Origin: Lytechinus pictus
Taxonomy: Eukaryota
NCBI RefSeq assembly: GCF_037042905.1
Contig: NC_087246.1
Span: forward strand, 53,134,001-53,198,000
Direction of reading: 5' to 3'
Length of the DNA: 64,000 nucleotides
Of this stretch, positions 24,233 through 36,506 are shown one piece after another. The notes beneath the pieces were generated by a model. That model was not told the origin of the DNA. It saw nothing but the letters and a program-made list of their open reading frames with translations, and searched no databases. Numbering within the stretch: the first letter of the stretch is position 1; each line of letters begins with the position of its first letter. The position numbers and the translations under genes are program-made.

Positions 24233-25609
24233 TACTGCTGAATATTGACATATAATAGTTTCCTGATGTGTTTATGGATTTTTCTTATTGATGCTCCCTA
24301 ATATCTAGATAAGAGATCCCATAACACATGCACCGATTGTCTGTACATATCGGGGGCCTGTTTCATAAAGTCTAACAATTAATTGTCATGGCTGTGGTAA
24401 CTTTGTCATTATTGTAACCACGTTAAAACTTGATTGTGAGTGGCTGCTGAGCCATGTTCTTTATGGTAGTTTCCATAGATGTAACTCGTTATGAAACAGG
24501 ACACTATGTCCTGTACACAATTATGCTTTTATTATAATAAACAAATACCTTATTTCAGTAAACTTAAACGCATTCCGATGATTTGAAGAGTTATCCATTT
24601 ATTTTGCTGCTATTGACAGTTTTGCACATGCTGTTAACACATTCATGAATTATTGTCAGATGTAAATATCGAGGATAAGTGAATATAATATTTCTAAAGA
24701 TCAGAATCATGACAGACAAACAAGCGACCCATACAAGACAACTCACCTGAGGCCAAAACCAAGCCATATTTCTTTTCATGCTAGGAATGCAAATATTACT
24801 TTCAAGGCCATGTTTTCGTTTTGAGAGAGTTAGATTTGGTGTTGAAGGAGGTGAGGTCGATCCCTCCACCCCCGGTATGTAAAAACATTTACAGCTATAT
24901 TCTTTTGTTGTCGGCGGTTTGATAACAAAGGGCGCTTTTACTGAACCCCCACAACAAACATAATCTGATCTTTAATTCAAATTCACATTTTCATTATTCT
25001 ATAAATCAACAAATGTAAATCATTCAAATGTAAACACAGGGACGCGGCGCTGAAGGTTTTCGAATGGATATATTGTCCTTATGCAGAACCATGCAGAAAT
25101 TAATGGTGATGGAAAAATTGCCTGCGACTGTGGGGATCGGATGATCAGACGATCACCCCATTTTGTCCGAGTCATGCACTGCCAAAGCCCGGGGGAGGGG
25201 GACACTATGAAACGTATGTGCCGCGGTCTATGGAAGGAGATCAAGTGTCCAAAATATTTTGGAACACTTCGCCTTTCGAGACCCCATTATCAGCCCAAAT
25301 TTCCGTTCCATGCAGAGCATCACCAATTTAGAAAGCCATTGAAATTCTTATTTTTTTTTCTTCCGTTGCGGAGACCCTCAAATTTGTGGTTCCCCGTTCC
25401 AGTGCGCGTCCATCGTGAACTGCTCAGCTGGACGGCGCCGGTCAGTCGGGTATGGAGACCCCCATATTAATTCTGATATAGTCAGTTTCAGAACATTGCA
25501 TTTCTAGCAATCGTTGTTCCTAGAGCCGTTCCGGAGACAAGTTTAATTCCAGAGCCCCCTATTTTGGACTTATAATTCAAGTAGCCCTCCCACCCCCGGT
25601 GCCAAAGAT

Positions 25610-26030
25610 CTGAGGAGCGTTTCGTCTTTTCATGACAGAACTTGACGGACGTTAAATCCGAGAAGTTTGTGTTATCCGTTACCGTACATTAACCAGTGGC
25701 GCATCTACAGGGGTGGGGGTGTTAGGTGGTTTAACCCCCCCCCCTCGGTCTGCAAATTTAAAATTTTAAAAGTCATGACCTTATTTTAGAGCAAACATCT
25801 TTTTTGTGCTTTTCACTTTTTTTTCATTCGGTACCAAATGGCCTTCCTAGTAGAGAACCCCCCCTTTTTTTTTTGGCTTTTTTTTGCTTGTCAAATTTTT
25901 CGGTCAAACCCCTCCTCCTTAGAAATAGCCAGATCCGCCCCTAGTAACAATGCCTCTTAGCCAATCAGAATCAAGGAAAGTTGTCAGATTTGACAACTAG
26001 TCTGACAAAAAGTTGATGAAACGTTTCCCT
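25610..26030. mobile_element. MITE (family of 48650-48822) interrupted by a CAGTGGCG..GATCCGCCCCT element at ~25695-25943
   Basis: Flanking halves align to 48650-48822 (AGCCAATCAGAATCAAGGAAAG). Confidence 0.7.
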
Positions 26031-26375
26031 AGAGTCTTTCAACATCAAAGGCTTCAATTAAGCTTTCATCTGACTTTGTTTTATGATCCGAGAAGAAGGG
26101 TTTGGAGACCGAAGTTTGGCGTCATTGTTTCTCTCTTTGGGTCCTTTGTCTTCTTTCTATTTCTCCCTGCTTTCTTCTGTCATTTATTTTTTTTCACTAC
26201 AGTCTTGGAAAAAAAAAACAGAAGGATTTCATCACCGCCTACCCTTTAACGTCACCCCTGTATAAATCATTTCATTATAACAATAAAAATCCACCCAGGT
26301 GTAGTAAATGGGTACCTGGTAGGAAAGATCCTTGAATGCTCGAGTGTCCGATCAGGGTAGCCTGGCTGAGCGCTT

Positions 26376-26550
26376 ATGGTGCAGTCACATTTCTCCTACG
26401 GCGGCCGTACAGTAAATCTAAAACAGCCGTTTTAACATTTTTGTATATACCAGCTACATATAGAGTCTATAGACGGATTGAATTAAAATGAACAAAACGG
26501 CTGTTTTCGACTCGCTGAACGGCCGCCGTAGGGGAAATGCGACTGCAGCA
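26376..26550. mobile_element. Harbinger-like MITE next to a SINE remnant (~26289-26375)
   Basis: TIRs TGCAGTCACATTT..CCTACGGCGGCCGT / ACGGCCGCCGTAGGGGAAATGCGACTGCA. Confidence 0.75.
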
Positions 26551-27935
26551 CAGAAAATAATTAAGCCCGAGTCACATATAGACCCCGGATCCTATCCGGG
26601 ATAAATTTTTCCATGTATAGTGATAGTCAGGCGCCTGAGACCACTCGGCCACTGCACCTCCACTAACTTTAAAGAACTTTATAGGCTGACAACGATATAG
26701 CTTGTATAATATGTAGGGCCTAGCAAGTAAAGTAAATGAATGTTGTTGTTTATAGGTTGATAATTTTCTACATTATGAAATTCCGCTACACACCCTTCGG
26801 TTTTGATTTTTTTTTTATTATGCTTCCGCCCACCATAGGTATTGGGGGTTGTCCGTCTGTTTATCCCGATTTTGTTCTCACGATCCTGATGATTACAAAA
26901 TAATCATTTGAACTCGACTTTGAGCTCTTGATCACTGTCGTGCTCTTTTAGTCATCTGGTCACTTTCTTTCTTTCTTTCTTAGGATTTGAATACCACATA
27001 ATATGTCGGGGTATCTTCCATGGTGTACATCTTCATTTAAAAAGTGTTTAATGCACTATCCTAACAAAAATGGGAAATGTAGTTTGAGAAAAGTTGCTCA
27101 TATGCTTAATACTAACGGGTTTACACGTGTCTGTGTGATTTATTTTATAAATCTAAAATGTCTTTTCCTGCGATAACTGAAGAATCCTTATATTGATCTA
27201 ACTTTTTGAACACTGAGTAACGGTGATTTGATCTGATTATGGAGTCACCATACAGGTTATTATGTCATAGACGCCATGGCTCATTGTCACAACAGATCAA
27301 ATGCATAAATTATAAATTAGTCAGTGACTAACTGACAGTGAGTGCATAAGAAAGAGACTAATGATTTGATTAGATTATGAAAGCTTTGAAGTTATTGATA
27401 CGGGGGGGGGGGGGCAAGAATTTCTACTACACCTAGTTATCTTTCAATCGTTTTCTTTCACACACCATATTCCATACTTATGTATCTTTGACGTATCTTT
27501 TTTTCCAAAAAGGTTGCGTGACATCGCCCGATTATAAACAAACCTTGTCTGCAGAATATTAGCGTAGTTTTGCAATGCTACGCAGACGCTCTCTACAACG
27601 CACCAGTTCCTTTGAAAATGCTACTCAAATCACAAAGGACAGCTGCAATGAGATCGAGGTTTTTGTCGAAAGCCCTCAGTTGGTAGACCAATTGCAGATC
27701 GTCCGAAAATTAGGACCGGACGAAAAATTGCAAATATCTGATTTGTCCAGAGATCCAGGATGACCCTGCTGTTATGATTCACCGATTTTCGACAAAGACC
27801 GTTTTGTCAATGAAAGGCTTTTTACTAAGATTTCTCTGCGCAGTGATCGATTGGGAAAATGCCCAAATATCGGAATGATGAACGTTACTGTACTTTAATG
27901 TTTTTCTTTAACTTTTATTCTATTCTCGATTTCAG

Positions 27936-28079
27936 GACCAATAATGTCTTACGCCCTCAACGTTGTAGGATGTCGACCGGTAATAATGATAGGTGGTGTT
28001 CTGCTGTCTGCAGGGATATTCACCATGGCATTCGCAAGGCACATTGCGTTCATTGGGATTGGATATAGTCTGCTTGGAG
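27936..28079 (+). CDS. SLC16-like transporter exon 2 (constant)
   Basis: Polypyrimidine tract and TTCAG acceptor. 144 nt encoding (G)PIMSYALNVVGCRPVIMIGGVLLSAG...YSLLG, the typical SLC16 TM2-TM4 motif. Donor GTAAAG at 28080. Confidence 0.92.
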
Positions 28080-28398
28080 GTAAAGTAAAAAAAAAAACAT
28101 GTACCTGTATATGATATGGAGTACTGTACGAAACATTTTAAATTGCACCAAGTGGATGAGATCGAGAGAAGGGGAGGAGAGAGAAATGAAGAATGTAAGA
28201 AGATACTTTGTACTTCGGGATCCATCGAAAACCATTATAAAAGGAGGGGTAGAAAGAAGAAGAACAGACGAAGCTGGGAAAATATTGTAATTTTTATTTT
28301 CTGTCAGTATCAAGAGGTATCTGTAATTAGCTTTCTTCATCAAGCACATTAATCATTATTTGTTCCTCAATTTGTTATCGTTTCATTCTTGTCCTTAG

Positions 28399-29661
28399 GG
28401 ATTGGAGGAAGTGCCATCTACACTGCATCTACAGCTACCATTCGACAGTACTACTCTGACCGTCACTATGCTCTAGCTAATGGTGCGGCAATTACAGGCG
28501 TCTCCGTGTCGGTTTTTGTCTTTTCACCAGTTCTCAGGGTCCTTGCTTCCTTCTACGGATGGAGGGGGGCTTTAGTGATCGCTTCGGCCATATCGCTTAA
28601 CACTGTTGTCATTGGTGCACTCATTAAACCTGAGGTCATCAGGAAACGAAGACCGGTGGTCAGTGATGACTGCAAAGTATCCGACCTTAATCATGTTAAT
28701 CATGACAATGATGAAGATGATGTGAAAAACGGCACACATGAACTCCTGCTTCGACAACCTTTCTCTGACCAACAACCTACTTCCTGTCTGGAGTCTTCAA
28801 AAACAAAAGACCATAGAGGCTCTTCTGTGGGAGCTGCCGAAAACCGTAGTGAATCGTCTGACAACGAAGAACGTTATCCATCATCAACGGGTAATCCAGC
28901 CCATGGTGATGACTGTCGCTGTGACTCAGATGAAGATATCGACGAAAATAAAGAATTGGTAGAAGGTCTAGTAGTTTTGGATAATCACGTTGATGTCAAG
29001 TCTGGCGTCTCCATGACAAAGGACAATAGATGCTCTCGATCCAATGTCTCTGGAGAAGACAATCTTTCGAGTTGTCAAGATTGCACCGGTAGTCAAACTG
29101 GAGTGAATGATATCCCAAATGAATATCATAACCTTGAGAATGCAAAGGTCGTTCGATCTACTTTTAGAATATCCAATCTTTGCAAGTTCAGTGCCAAACC
29201 CATCAGTCGGACAACCTCAATTTGCCACGCTGCACTTCTCGTCGCCATATTTTTCTCGTCAGGTACCTACATGACCTGTAGCATCTTCCTTGCCACTGCT
29301 GGAACGCATGGAGGACTCTCTCCCATGCAGGCAGCTACACTCCTCTCTGCCTTCGGGATTTCCCAAGCCGTTGGCCGTTTTTCCAATGGCATCATAGTGA
29401 TGAAAGGGTATGTGAAAACCACGCATCTGTACATAGGAGCACAGATACTAGTGGCATCGTCCTCACTAGTCCTAGGGCTCCTGATAAGGGTTTATGCGGT
29501 TGCTGTCTTGGCATCTTTGACCCTCGGAGTGTCTGCAGGGACTGTTGTCTCACTCAACATCGTCATGCAGAGGGTGATCGATGACTGTGCCAATTCAATC
29601 TCGTTAGGATGGCTTCTCCTTGTTGAAGGTTTTGGTGGTCTCTTCGGCAGTTTGGCATTGG
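28399..29661 (+). CDS. SLC16-like transporter exon 3 (constant; TM4-TM11 and the large central loop)
   Basis: TAG acceptor at 28396-28398. 1263 nt with QYYSDRHYALANG, YGWRGA, QAATLLSAFGISQAVGR. Donor GTAAAT at 29662. Confidence 0.95.
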
Positions 29662-29786
29662 GTAAATGATTTGTTCTTTTTTCTTGTTTTTTTGTATTGG
29701 TACTATAGTCCTGCTAAATGTTGTCACATATTTGTAATTTTTAACCTGTGTTAAGCAAAGTGTGATTATTATCGGTTCGTTTGACT

Positions 29787-29976
29787 CAGGCGCGGATCCA
29801 GAGGGGGCACACGCCCCCCCCCCCTTTGAGAAGAGAAATTAAAATTTGTAATGTAAAAATATAATTGAAACCGAGATGTGCCCCCCTTTTGAAATTGAAG
29901 ACCTTTTTTTTTGCTTGTCAAAATTTTCCTCCGAAAAATTCCCCCCCCCCTTTGGAAAATCCTGGATCCACCCCTG
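29787..29976. mobile_element. MITE in the last SLC16 intron
   Basis: CAGGCGCGGATCCAG / CTGGATCCACCCCTG; 8-bp TSD GTTTGACT. Confidence 0.85.
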
Positions 29977-30246
29977 GTTTGACTTGACTGACTTACGTAG
30001 CCCTGGTCTTGTAATCATTAGTTTCTGCTAATTCATCTTGCAGATGACAATGCAGTTCATGATGTGTATAAGGAAAATTCAACTAACATAGGATGGCTCA
30101 GGCCGATATTATTTGAAATGATCGAACATAAATTATGAATAACAAACAAAGTTCCTTCCACTCGACCAAACAAACGGGATATATGATTTTATCTTAGTCC
30201 ATAATTCTTGCAATATATTTACATCGTCCTGTTTGTATCTCTGTAG

Positions 30247-30404
30247 GTTATCTGAAGGATGTGAGTGGTAGCTTTCTGCTCACTTTCGTTCTGGCTGCAG
30301 TCTTCTCGTCACTGTCTGCTGCCCTCAGTGTTCTCATCCTCATTCTCAAAAGACGGGAAGCAATGACCTTGAAAAAGGGCAAACCCAGAACCAAAGCAAT
30401 CTAA
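30247..30404 (+). CDS. SLC16-like transporter terminal coding exon (TM12)
   Basis: CTGTAG acceptor. Encodes (G)YLKDVSGSFLLTFVLAAVFSSLSAALSVLILILKRREAMTLKKGKPRTKAI-TAA, matching the SLC16 G-x-L-x-D-x-x-G-x-Y/F motif. Confidence 0.9.
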
Positions 30405-31163
30405 TTTTCCAAAAACTGTTTCTCCCTTTTTTTTGGCACGACATTGGCTCCTGGCTTTATTCCGTCTAAGATGTATATAGGGTTAGGGCTTGGGTTGCAA
30501 TAGGGTTTATGTTAGATTTAGGGTAGGATATAGTAAATCCAGGGTTGGGTGGAATTTATAGTGGAGCAATTGTCGCCGGAGCTGGCGGAAGATCGTGATT
30601 CGGCAAGTCGCCATGCTCCACGTACCAAAGTGCCATCAGAGACCGTGTTGGGTCTGTAACGTTTGCAGATGCTGCGACTTGCTATGGACTCTGAGAAAAG
30701 ATGTTAACAGCCACAATTATAAGAAATAATTAAAGACGTTAATTTCAATTTGTCACTCTCCACCCAGGAGTTAAAAGAGTTTTGTAAATTTATCTATAGC
30801 ATCTCCACTTCACTTTGCTTTATTGTGTGCGAGCAATTTGAAATATTATTTTACTATCAGTATCGTCATCATAATTGTTTTATGATCTTGATACATGTAT
30901 TGCTATTATAATGATTCTTATCTTATTATTTGGCATGCACGACCTTTAAAGAGATATATACGTAGATTCGAACAATTTTATATCATGTTTTTTAAATTAC
31001 GAATTTTTAATGCTTAATTTCTTTTATTATTTCATCACAATTGTCATATTAAATGAGATTGGTTGTATTGTAAATATAGGATATAATGTACATTATGAAA
31101 CAAGTAATTTGAAGAATGAATCGGTCTTTGATGTGAAAAGAGAATCACAGATACTCATCGTAT

Positions 31164-31169
31164 AATAAA
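31164..31169 (+). promoter_or_regulatory. Candidate polyadenylation signal of the SLC16-like gene
   Basis: AATAAA ~760 nt after the stop codon, following an AT-rich UTR-like stretch. Confidence 0.3.
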
Positions 31170-32542
31170 GTAAAACTGTCCACTGCAATGAAGCAGTGAG
31201 GGAAGGGAATAGAATGTGTAGACAAGCAGTTGAAACCTGAAAACTGTTACCTGGAAAACTACGTCAAGAGGGGCAAATAATTTCTGAAGAATACAAGAAA
31301 AAGTCCTCTAGCGTGTAGAGGAGAATATGGACAAATAAAGAAATTGACATGATTGAAGAATGAATTGAGGGCGCTCGAGAACGACAATGGATAAGAGTGA
31401 AATAGAGAGGGACAGTAGACTAGAGAGAGGAAGAGACACAAAGAGGGTAGAAGGCGGGAGAGGTAGAGGGGAAGAAGGGGGAGCTAAAAGCTTGGGATAC
31501 ATTAAATGGGAATTCGAACTATGTTTAACTCTTGAGTTAGTACAGTATAATTATGATTATGAATGGTGCCATATCTGTTTAAAAAAAACACTCAAACGTT
31601 ACGAAACGCTCAGATCAGGGACAAGTTCGGAGAGCGTAATAACTCCACCTCGACGCCTACTGGCGTAAAGATGGGGGGGGGGCTTGGGGCGATTGCGCCC
31701 CCCTCAAAATTAATGTTCATGACCAAGAAGAAAAATGAGAATAGGAAAGAGAGAAGGTGAAATGTGATATTTCCTGAATATTATGTCAAAATATATAACA
31801 AAATTTGATTTTTGTAATAAAAATGTCAAAATTTTTGCTCGCTTGCAACTTTTTATTATTTTTTCCCGATCATATCTGACCCCCTCAAAGTTTTTGGCTC
31901 ATTACGCCGCCATATGGAATGCCAAGCTGAACAATATTGACATTGAATAAAATGCAGACGCATGGGATATGGATCTGATACAGACCAGCACTGCATGTTC
32001 ACTGATCTTGTGTTGAGCTATAGTTGACGCATTTATGAAACGGGCCCCAGATTCCAAAAAAAAAACCTGTTAGATTTTCGAATGTGGGACAAAGTAATAT
32101 TATATGTCTCTAGCAATCTCATGTATGCGTAATTGCCTATTCAAGATTCCAATATTATGAAGAGATGATGGAAAGGATTTCCTTTAGTATTGTAGCATTT
32201 TGCTCATGATGATCTGTAAACATACAGCTGAAAGGGAAGAAGAAGTTACATAGACGAAAATCATTATAATTATACATGTATATGAGTATAATTTTAAATG
32301 TAGATTCTTATAGAGAAATTTGATAATAGAGAATGTCTTTCAAAGTATACTGATTTTGATAGTATCATATTCAATCCATATTACGTGAATAATTACTCTT
32401 CCTTTTTCTTTATGGATGTGCATTTTTTCTAGAATCTCTAGCAGTATTAAAATTTGTTTCTAATGAAATACAAATGAAAAGAATCTATTATTTTGTGTTA
32501 TTTCGACCAAGTTCTCTCTGATAAAAATAAAGAGGATGTTGA

Positions 32543-32795
32543 CAGTGGCAGATCCAAGGCGGGCGGCATTTCCGGCCCGTGCCCCCTTTTGAGAGACATT
32601 GTCAATATTTTTTATGTAAAAATGTTGTTTATACACAGGTGTGCCCCCCCCCCCTTGTGAGCCACAAAAAATTGTAATGGGAATATCTGACGTCCAAACA
32701 CAATTAAGGACCTTTTTTGTGCTTGTCAAATTTTCCTTGGGAAAATGTGCCTCCCCTTCGGAAAATCCTGGATCCGCCCCGGGGATCCGCCACTG
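32543..32795. mobile_element. MITE with CAGTGGC..GATCC termini
   Basis: TIRs; near-perfect 8-bp TSD GATGTTGA/GATATTGA. Confidence 0.8.
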
Positions 32796-32837
32796 GATAT
32801 TGAATTGACATACGATAATTCTGAGAATAAGTGCAAT

Positions 32838-33060
32838 GAGGGCCGTCTGCACCAGCCCGAGTTTTCAAATTAGCGCGCTATTTCTGATCCGGCAAATTAT
32901 CCCGATCTGAACAATCTCGAGATTATATGTAATGGAGACGCAATTATCGCGCTATAGTTCGTAGGATTAATCTCGAGATTACAATCCCAAGTCAACTTGG
33001 GATTATTATTGCGCGCTATTTTACGAATTATCCCGCTAATTCGCAGGTGCAGACGCACTC
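32838..33060. mobile_element. Harbinger-like MITE with AATCTCGAGATT palindromes
   Basis: GAGGGCCGTCTGCACC / GGTGCAGACGCACTC termini. Confidence 0.6.
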
Positions 33061-33450
33061 GGGATTACAATCGCGAAGAGGGCCGATCGGGTTAAAATCT
33101 CGAGATTGAGCAAACTGTGACGCATCACCGCCTAACCGGTCGCGCCGAAGAAGGATTTTGTTTAGGTCGAGATTGTAAAATGAAATACTGGAACATTTTT
33201 GTAATCCCACATCACCCATCCACCCTCAACCGCAGCACACGATTTTACCAACCCTTTAATTTCTTTAAAGTTTCAAAGTGTCATAAAAAATTGAAAAGAA
33301 TTATGAATCGTGTCTACAATCTTTAATTAAGTGGGATTTTTAGTCCCCAACATGACATAAAAATACCAGATTTTGTTTACACATTTTATTTTCCGAATTT
33401 CCTGTCTTCTTTTAGGCTTAGATTTCAATAGGTTCAGAGGAAGTTCGTGT

Positions 33451-35612
33451 CATAGGCGGATCCAGGGGGGGGGGGCGAGGGGCCCGGCTCCCCCCCCCCC
33501 CCCCTATTGGCGGAGCAAAAAAAAAAGGAAAAAGGGGGAAAGAAAGAAAAAAAAAAGAAGGGAAGAGAGAGGAGAAAAAAATAAGGGAAGCATAAGAGGA
33601 AGAAATCGAGTGAATAAAATAAGATGAGGGGAAGATTTGGAAAATGATTAAGTAAATCTTTCATGTCACTATATAAAATTTTCGCTCGCGCTTTGCGCTC
33701 GCATTGCCTTTTAGGTGATTTACATATCTTGTTCAATATGGGGTTTAAATATCAAGTTTGGAAGTCAATATACAAACAAAAAATATTTCATCTCGGAAAT
33801 TGAACTTTCATTAGTTTGTGTGATTTAAAAATTGATTTTGAGAAAGTGCTCTGTAAAAATGTCAGTTTTATGGTCTGAATATTAACATTTTCTGCTCGCG
33901 CTGCGCGCTCGCAAATTTTGATTTATCAGGTACCTTATTTTCGTGTATTCCATAAAGTTTTCAAAATATCCCTTTTCAGGTCTGATTGTCAAAACTTATC
34001 AGCTAGCGCTGCACGCTTGCATTTTGATTGGCGAGTTATGTATGTCTCAATATTAATTATACAACAAACTACTTAAAATCCCCTTTTCATGACAGTGTAT
34101 AAAAAAATTAGGCTCGCAATTTGCGCTCGCATTAATGGTTTATAATATATTAACTGATGCATTCTAGTTATAATTACAAAAATGCTTGAAATGTCAAGTT
34201 TTCAGGCCATCATATCATCAGATTTCGCGCTCTCATTAGGCATTAATGAATAAGATATTAATTCAATAATTGAATTGTCCCTTTTGTTTCATCTCGCACT
34301 TAGCAAGAGGAATAGGAAGACAGTCTTCATTTCCATATGACATGTCCTAAGGATGCGCCGGTCCTATATATGTCAAAACTCAAAGTAGTAATAATGAAAA
34401 ATATCAGCTCTTTATTAAGTGCAATCCATATCCACCTTACAATTTTCCTACAAAGTGCTTAAAATATAGAGCTGAAATTGACACTTTTTTCAGATCGCGC
34501 TCGCTTTGATTTTCACGACAAAAGATGTATTTAGAACGCCTATTCTAGGTCTAAATATGAAACAGGTGCGCGCATGTTTATTCGATACTCAACTTGTTCT
34601 CTATTCAAATCATTATCTAGTTTCAGATCATAATATCAAAAATTTTCTGCTCGCGCTTTGTGCTGGCATCATAAATGTTGAAAGATCCCCCATTACTCAT
34701 TCTTTTTCTTATTTACATAACATGAATAGAGTGTCCCGTGTTTAGGTCTTAATCTCGATATTTTCCGCTCGCGCTTCGCGCTCGCATCAATTGTTTAGTT
34801 ATATATATTTTCCATTCTTTATGTAGATATGTCAATTTTTTTTCAGCTCGCGTTTCGCGATCGCATTATTTGATTGTTGAAATGTGTAACGTATTCATAG
34901 TGGCAGTCCTTAAAAAGTACCTTTTCGATCAGTTGAAAACGCATATAAAAATTTTCTGCTCGCGCTTTGCGCTCACATTATTAATGTAAGGAAGATCCCC
35001 AATTACTCATCCTTTTCACGATTTACAAAACATGAATAGTGTCTCGTTCAGTATTTCTAAATCTCGAAATTTTCCGCTCGCGCTTCGCGCTCGCATCAAT
35101 TGTTTAGTTATATACCTATTCTGTTTAAGTTACAATCTTTTCTTAGAATTTTCATTCTTTGAGTAAAAATGTCAAAAAATTTCAGCTCGCGCTTCGCGCT
35201 CGCATTATTTGATTTTAAAAATATGAAACGTCTTCATGGCTAACTGCATGCAGTCTTTAACAGGTACCTTTTCAATCAGTTCATTTCTGCTCGCGCTTCG
35301 CGTTCGTAGTAATTATTTAGTTGCATACACATATTTTTCAGGATAAGAAACATTGCCCAGAATATTCAAATTTTAGGAAAAAATACATAAGATTTCAAAA
35401 AAATTAGCTCGCGCTTCGCACTCGCACTATATGAATAAGGATTATGATATTATATATTTTATGTTGCTTAATGAGAATAAAGCTAAAAAGTGACTATTAG
35501 GACTACCCCTTCAAAGAAACAAAAAAAATCATCTTCGAGCGGCCGATCGGGGAAAATATGGCTGAAAAAAATTTCCGGGCCCCCCTATTGGCGAAGGCTG
35601 GATCCGCCCCTG
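33451..35612 (-). mobile_element. 2.2-kb non-autonomous DNA element carrying an interspersed GCTCGCGCTTCGCGCTCGC array
   Basis: TIRs CATAGGCGGATCCAG / CTGGATCCGCCCCTG; CGTGT duplication. Same internal motif as 9444-10829, in the opposite orientation. Confidence 0.85.
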
Positions 35613-36275
35613 CGTGTGAATACATTTCTATAATGATTGATAATATCACACAACGTTTCTCATCCCCTCCCTTTTACCCCATTTCCCCAAATTATCCTTT
35701 TTATTTTTTATTCTTCATTTAGATTACCATTATCACTTGAATGATCTAAGTTCTTTGCCTCGTCAAAGTCATAATAAGGTCACAATATTACGCTTTCCGT
35801 TATACAAAGGTGCGGCCTTAGGTGAGTGGGACGTGACAACAGTTCGTCACAAAAAATATTATTGAAATTGTTTTAAGAGTTTTACCAGTGAACCTCCATC
35901 GCCCCTAAAATTCAAACAAATGAACAATTGGTTGAAAGAAAAAAGTAGACAAAGAGAAATATTCAACATTGTTGACCCGGGAGCAAGGTTTTGGTGGACA
36001 AAAGACGCAACCGTCCTACTTCCTTTCATGTCGTTTTTCATTCTTTTTTTTTTTTTTTCTACTTCCAACAATAATGTTTGTCGTTTTGTGAGGTACACTG
36101 TAAGGGAAGGAATCAGTAAAATTAATAACAGCAAACAACATAGACCAAAATCATGGAGGAGGCTGATAAAAAGCTGAACCAATCACACACCAGTCCTACT
36201 TTCTTTTGTGTAATTTTTTTCTTAATTACGTTTTATTCACGTTTTGCATTTTTAATTAGGCCTATAATAATCATA

Positions 36276-36506
36276 CACAGTAAAAACGCTGTTTAAGATT
36301 TTATACAACGCTGTTTACTATATGAACCTTACAGTAGTTGTTTAACAGTTTAAACAATCATGTTTAATTTATTGAAGATTAGATATTGAAAATTAAACTT
36401 TGTTGTTTAATATTTTAAACACTTGTTTAAACTGTTTAAACAATTACTGTAAGGTTCATATAGTAAACATCGTTGTATAAAATTTCGAAACAGCGTTTTT
36501 ACTGTG
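36276..36506. mobile_element. Palindromic MITE with CACAGTAAAAACGCTG termini
   Basis: ~80-bp TIRs; TAATCATA on both sides. Confidence 0.88.

Noticed and set aside
30478-30552. Interstitial telomere (TTAGGG-like)
   Set aside because: Degenerate interior of a recurring MITE family (compare 8636-8846)
33680-35425. CRISPR array
   Set aside because: Eukaryotic context, no cas genes, degenerate repeats, ~90-nt spacers that are partly duplicated, and the array lies inside a TIR element
36276-36506. RAG/Transib RSS-like ends (CACAGT)
   Set aside because: The heptamer is CACAGTA, there is no properly spaced nonamer, and the flanking duplication is 8 bp rather than 5 bp
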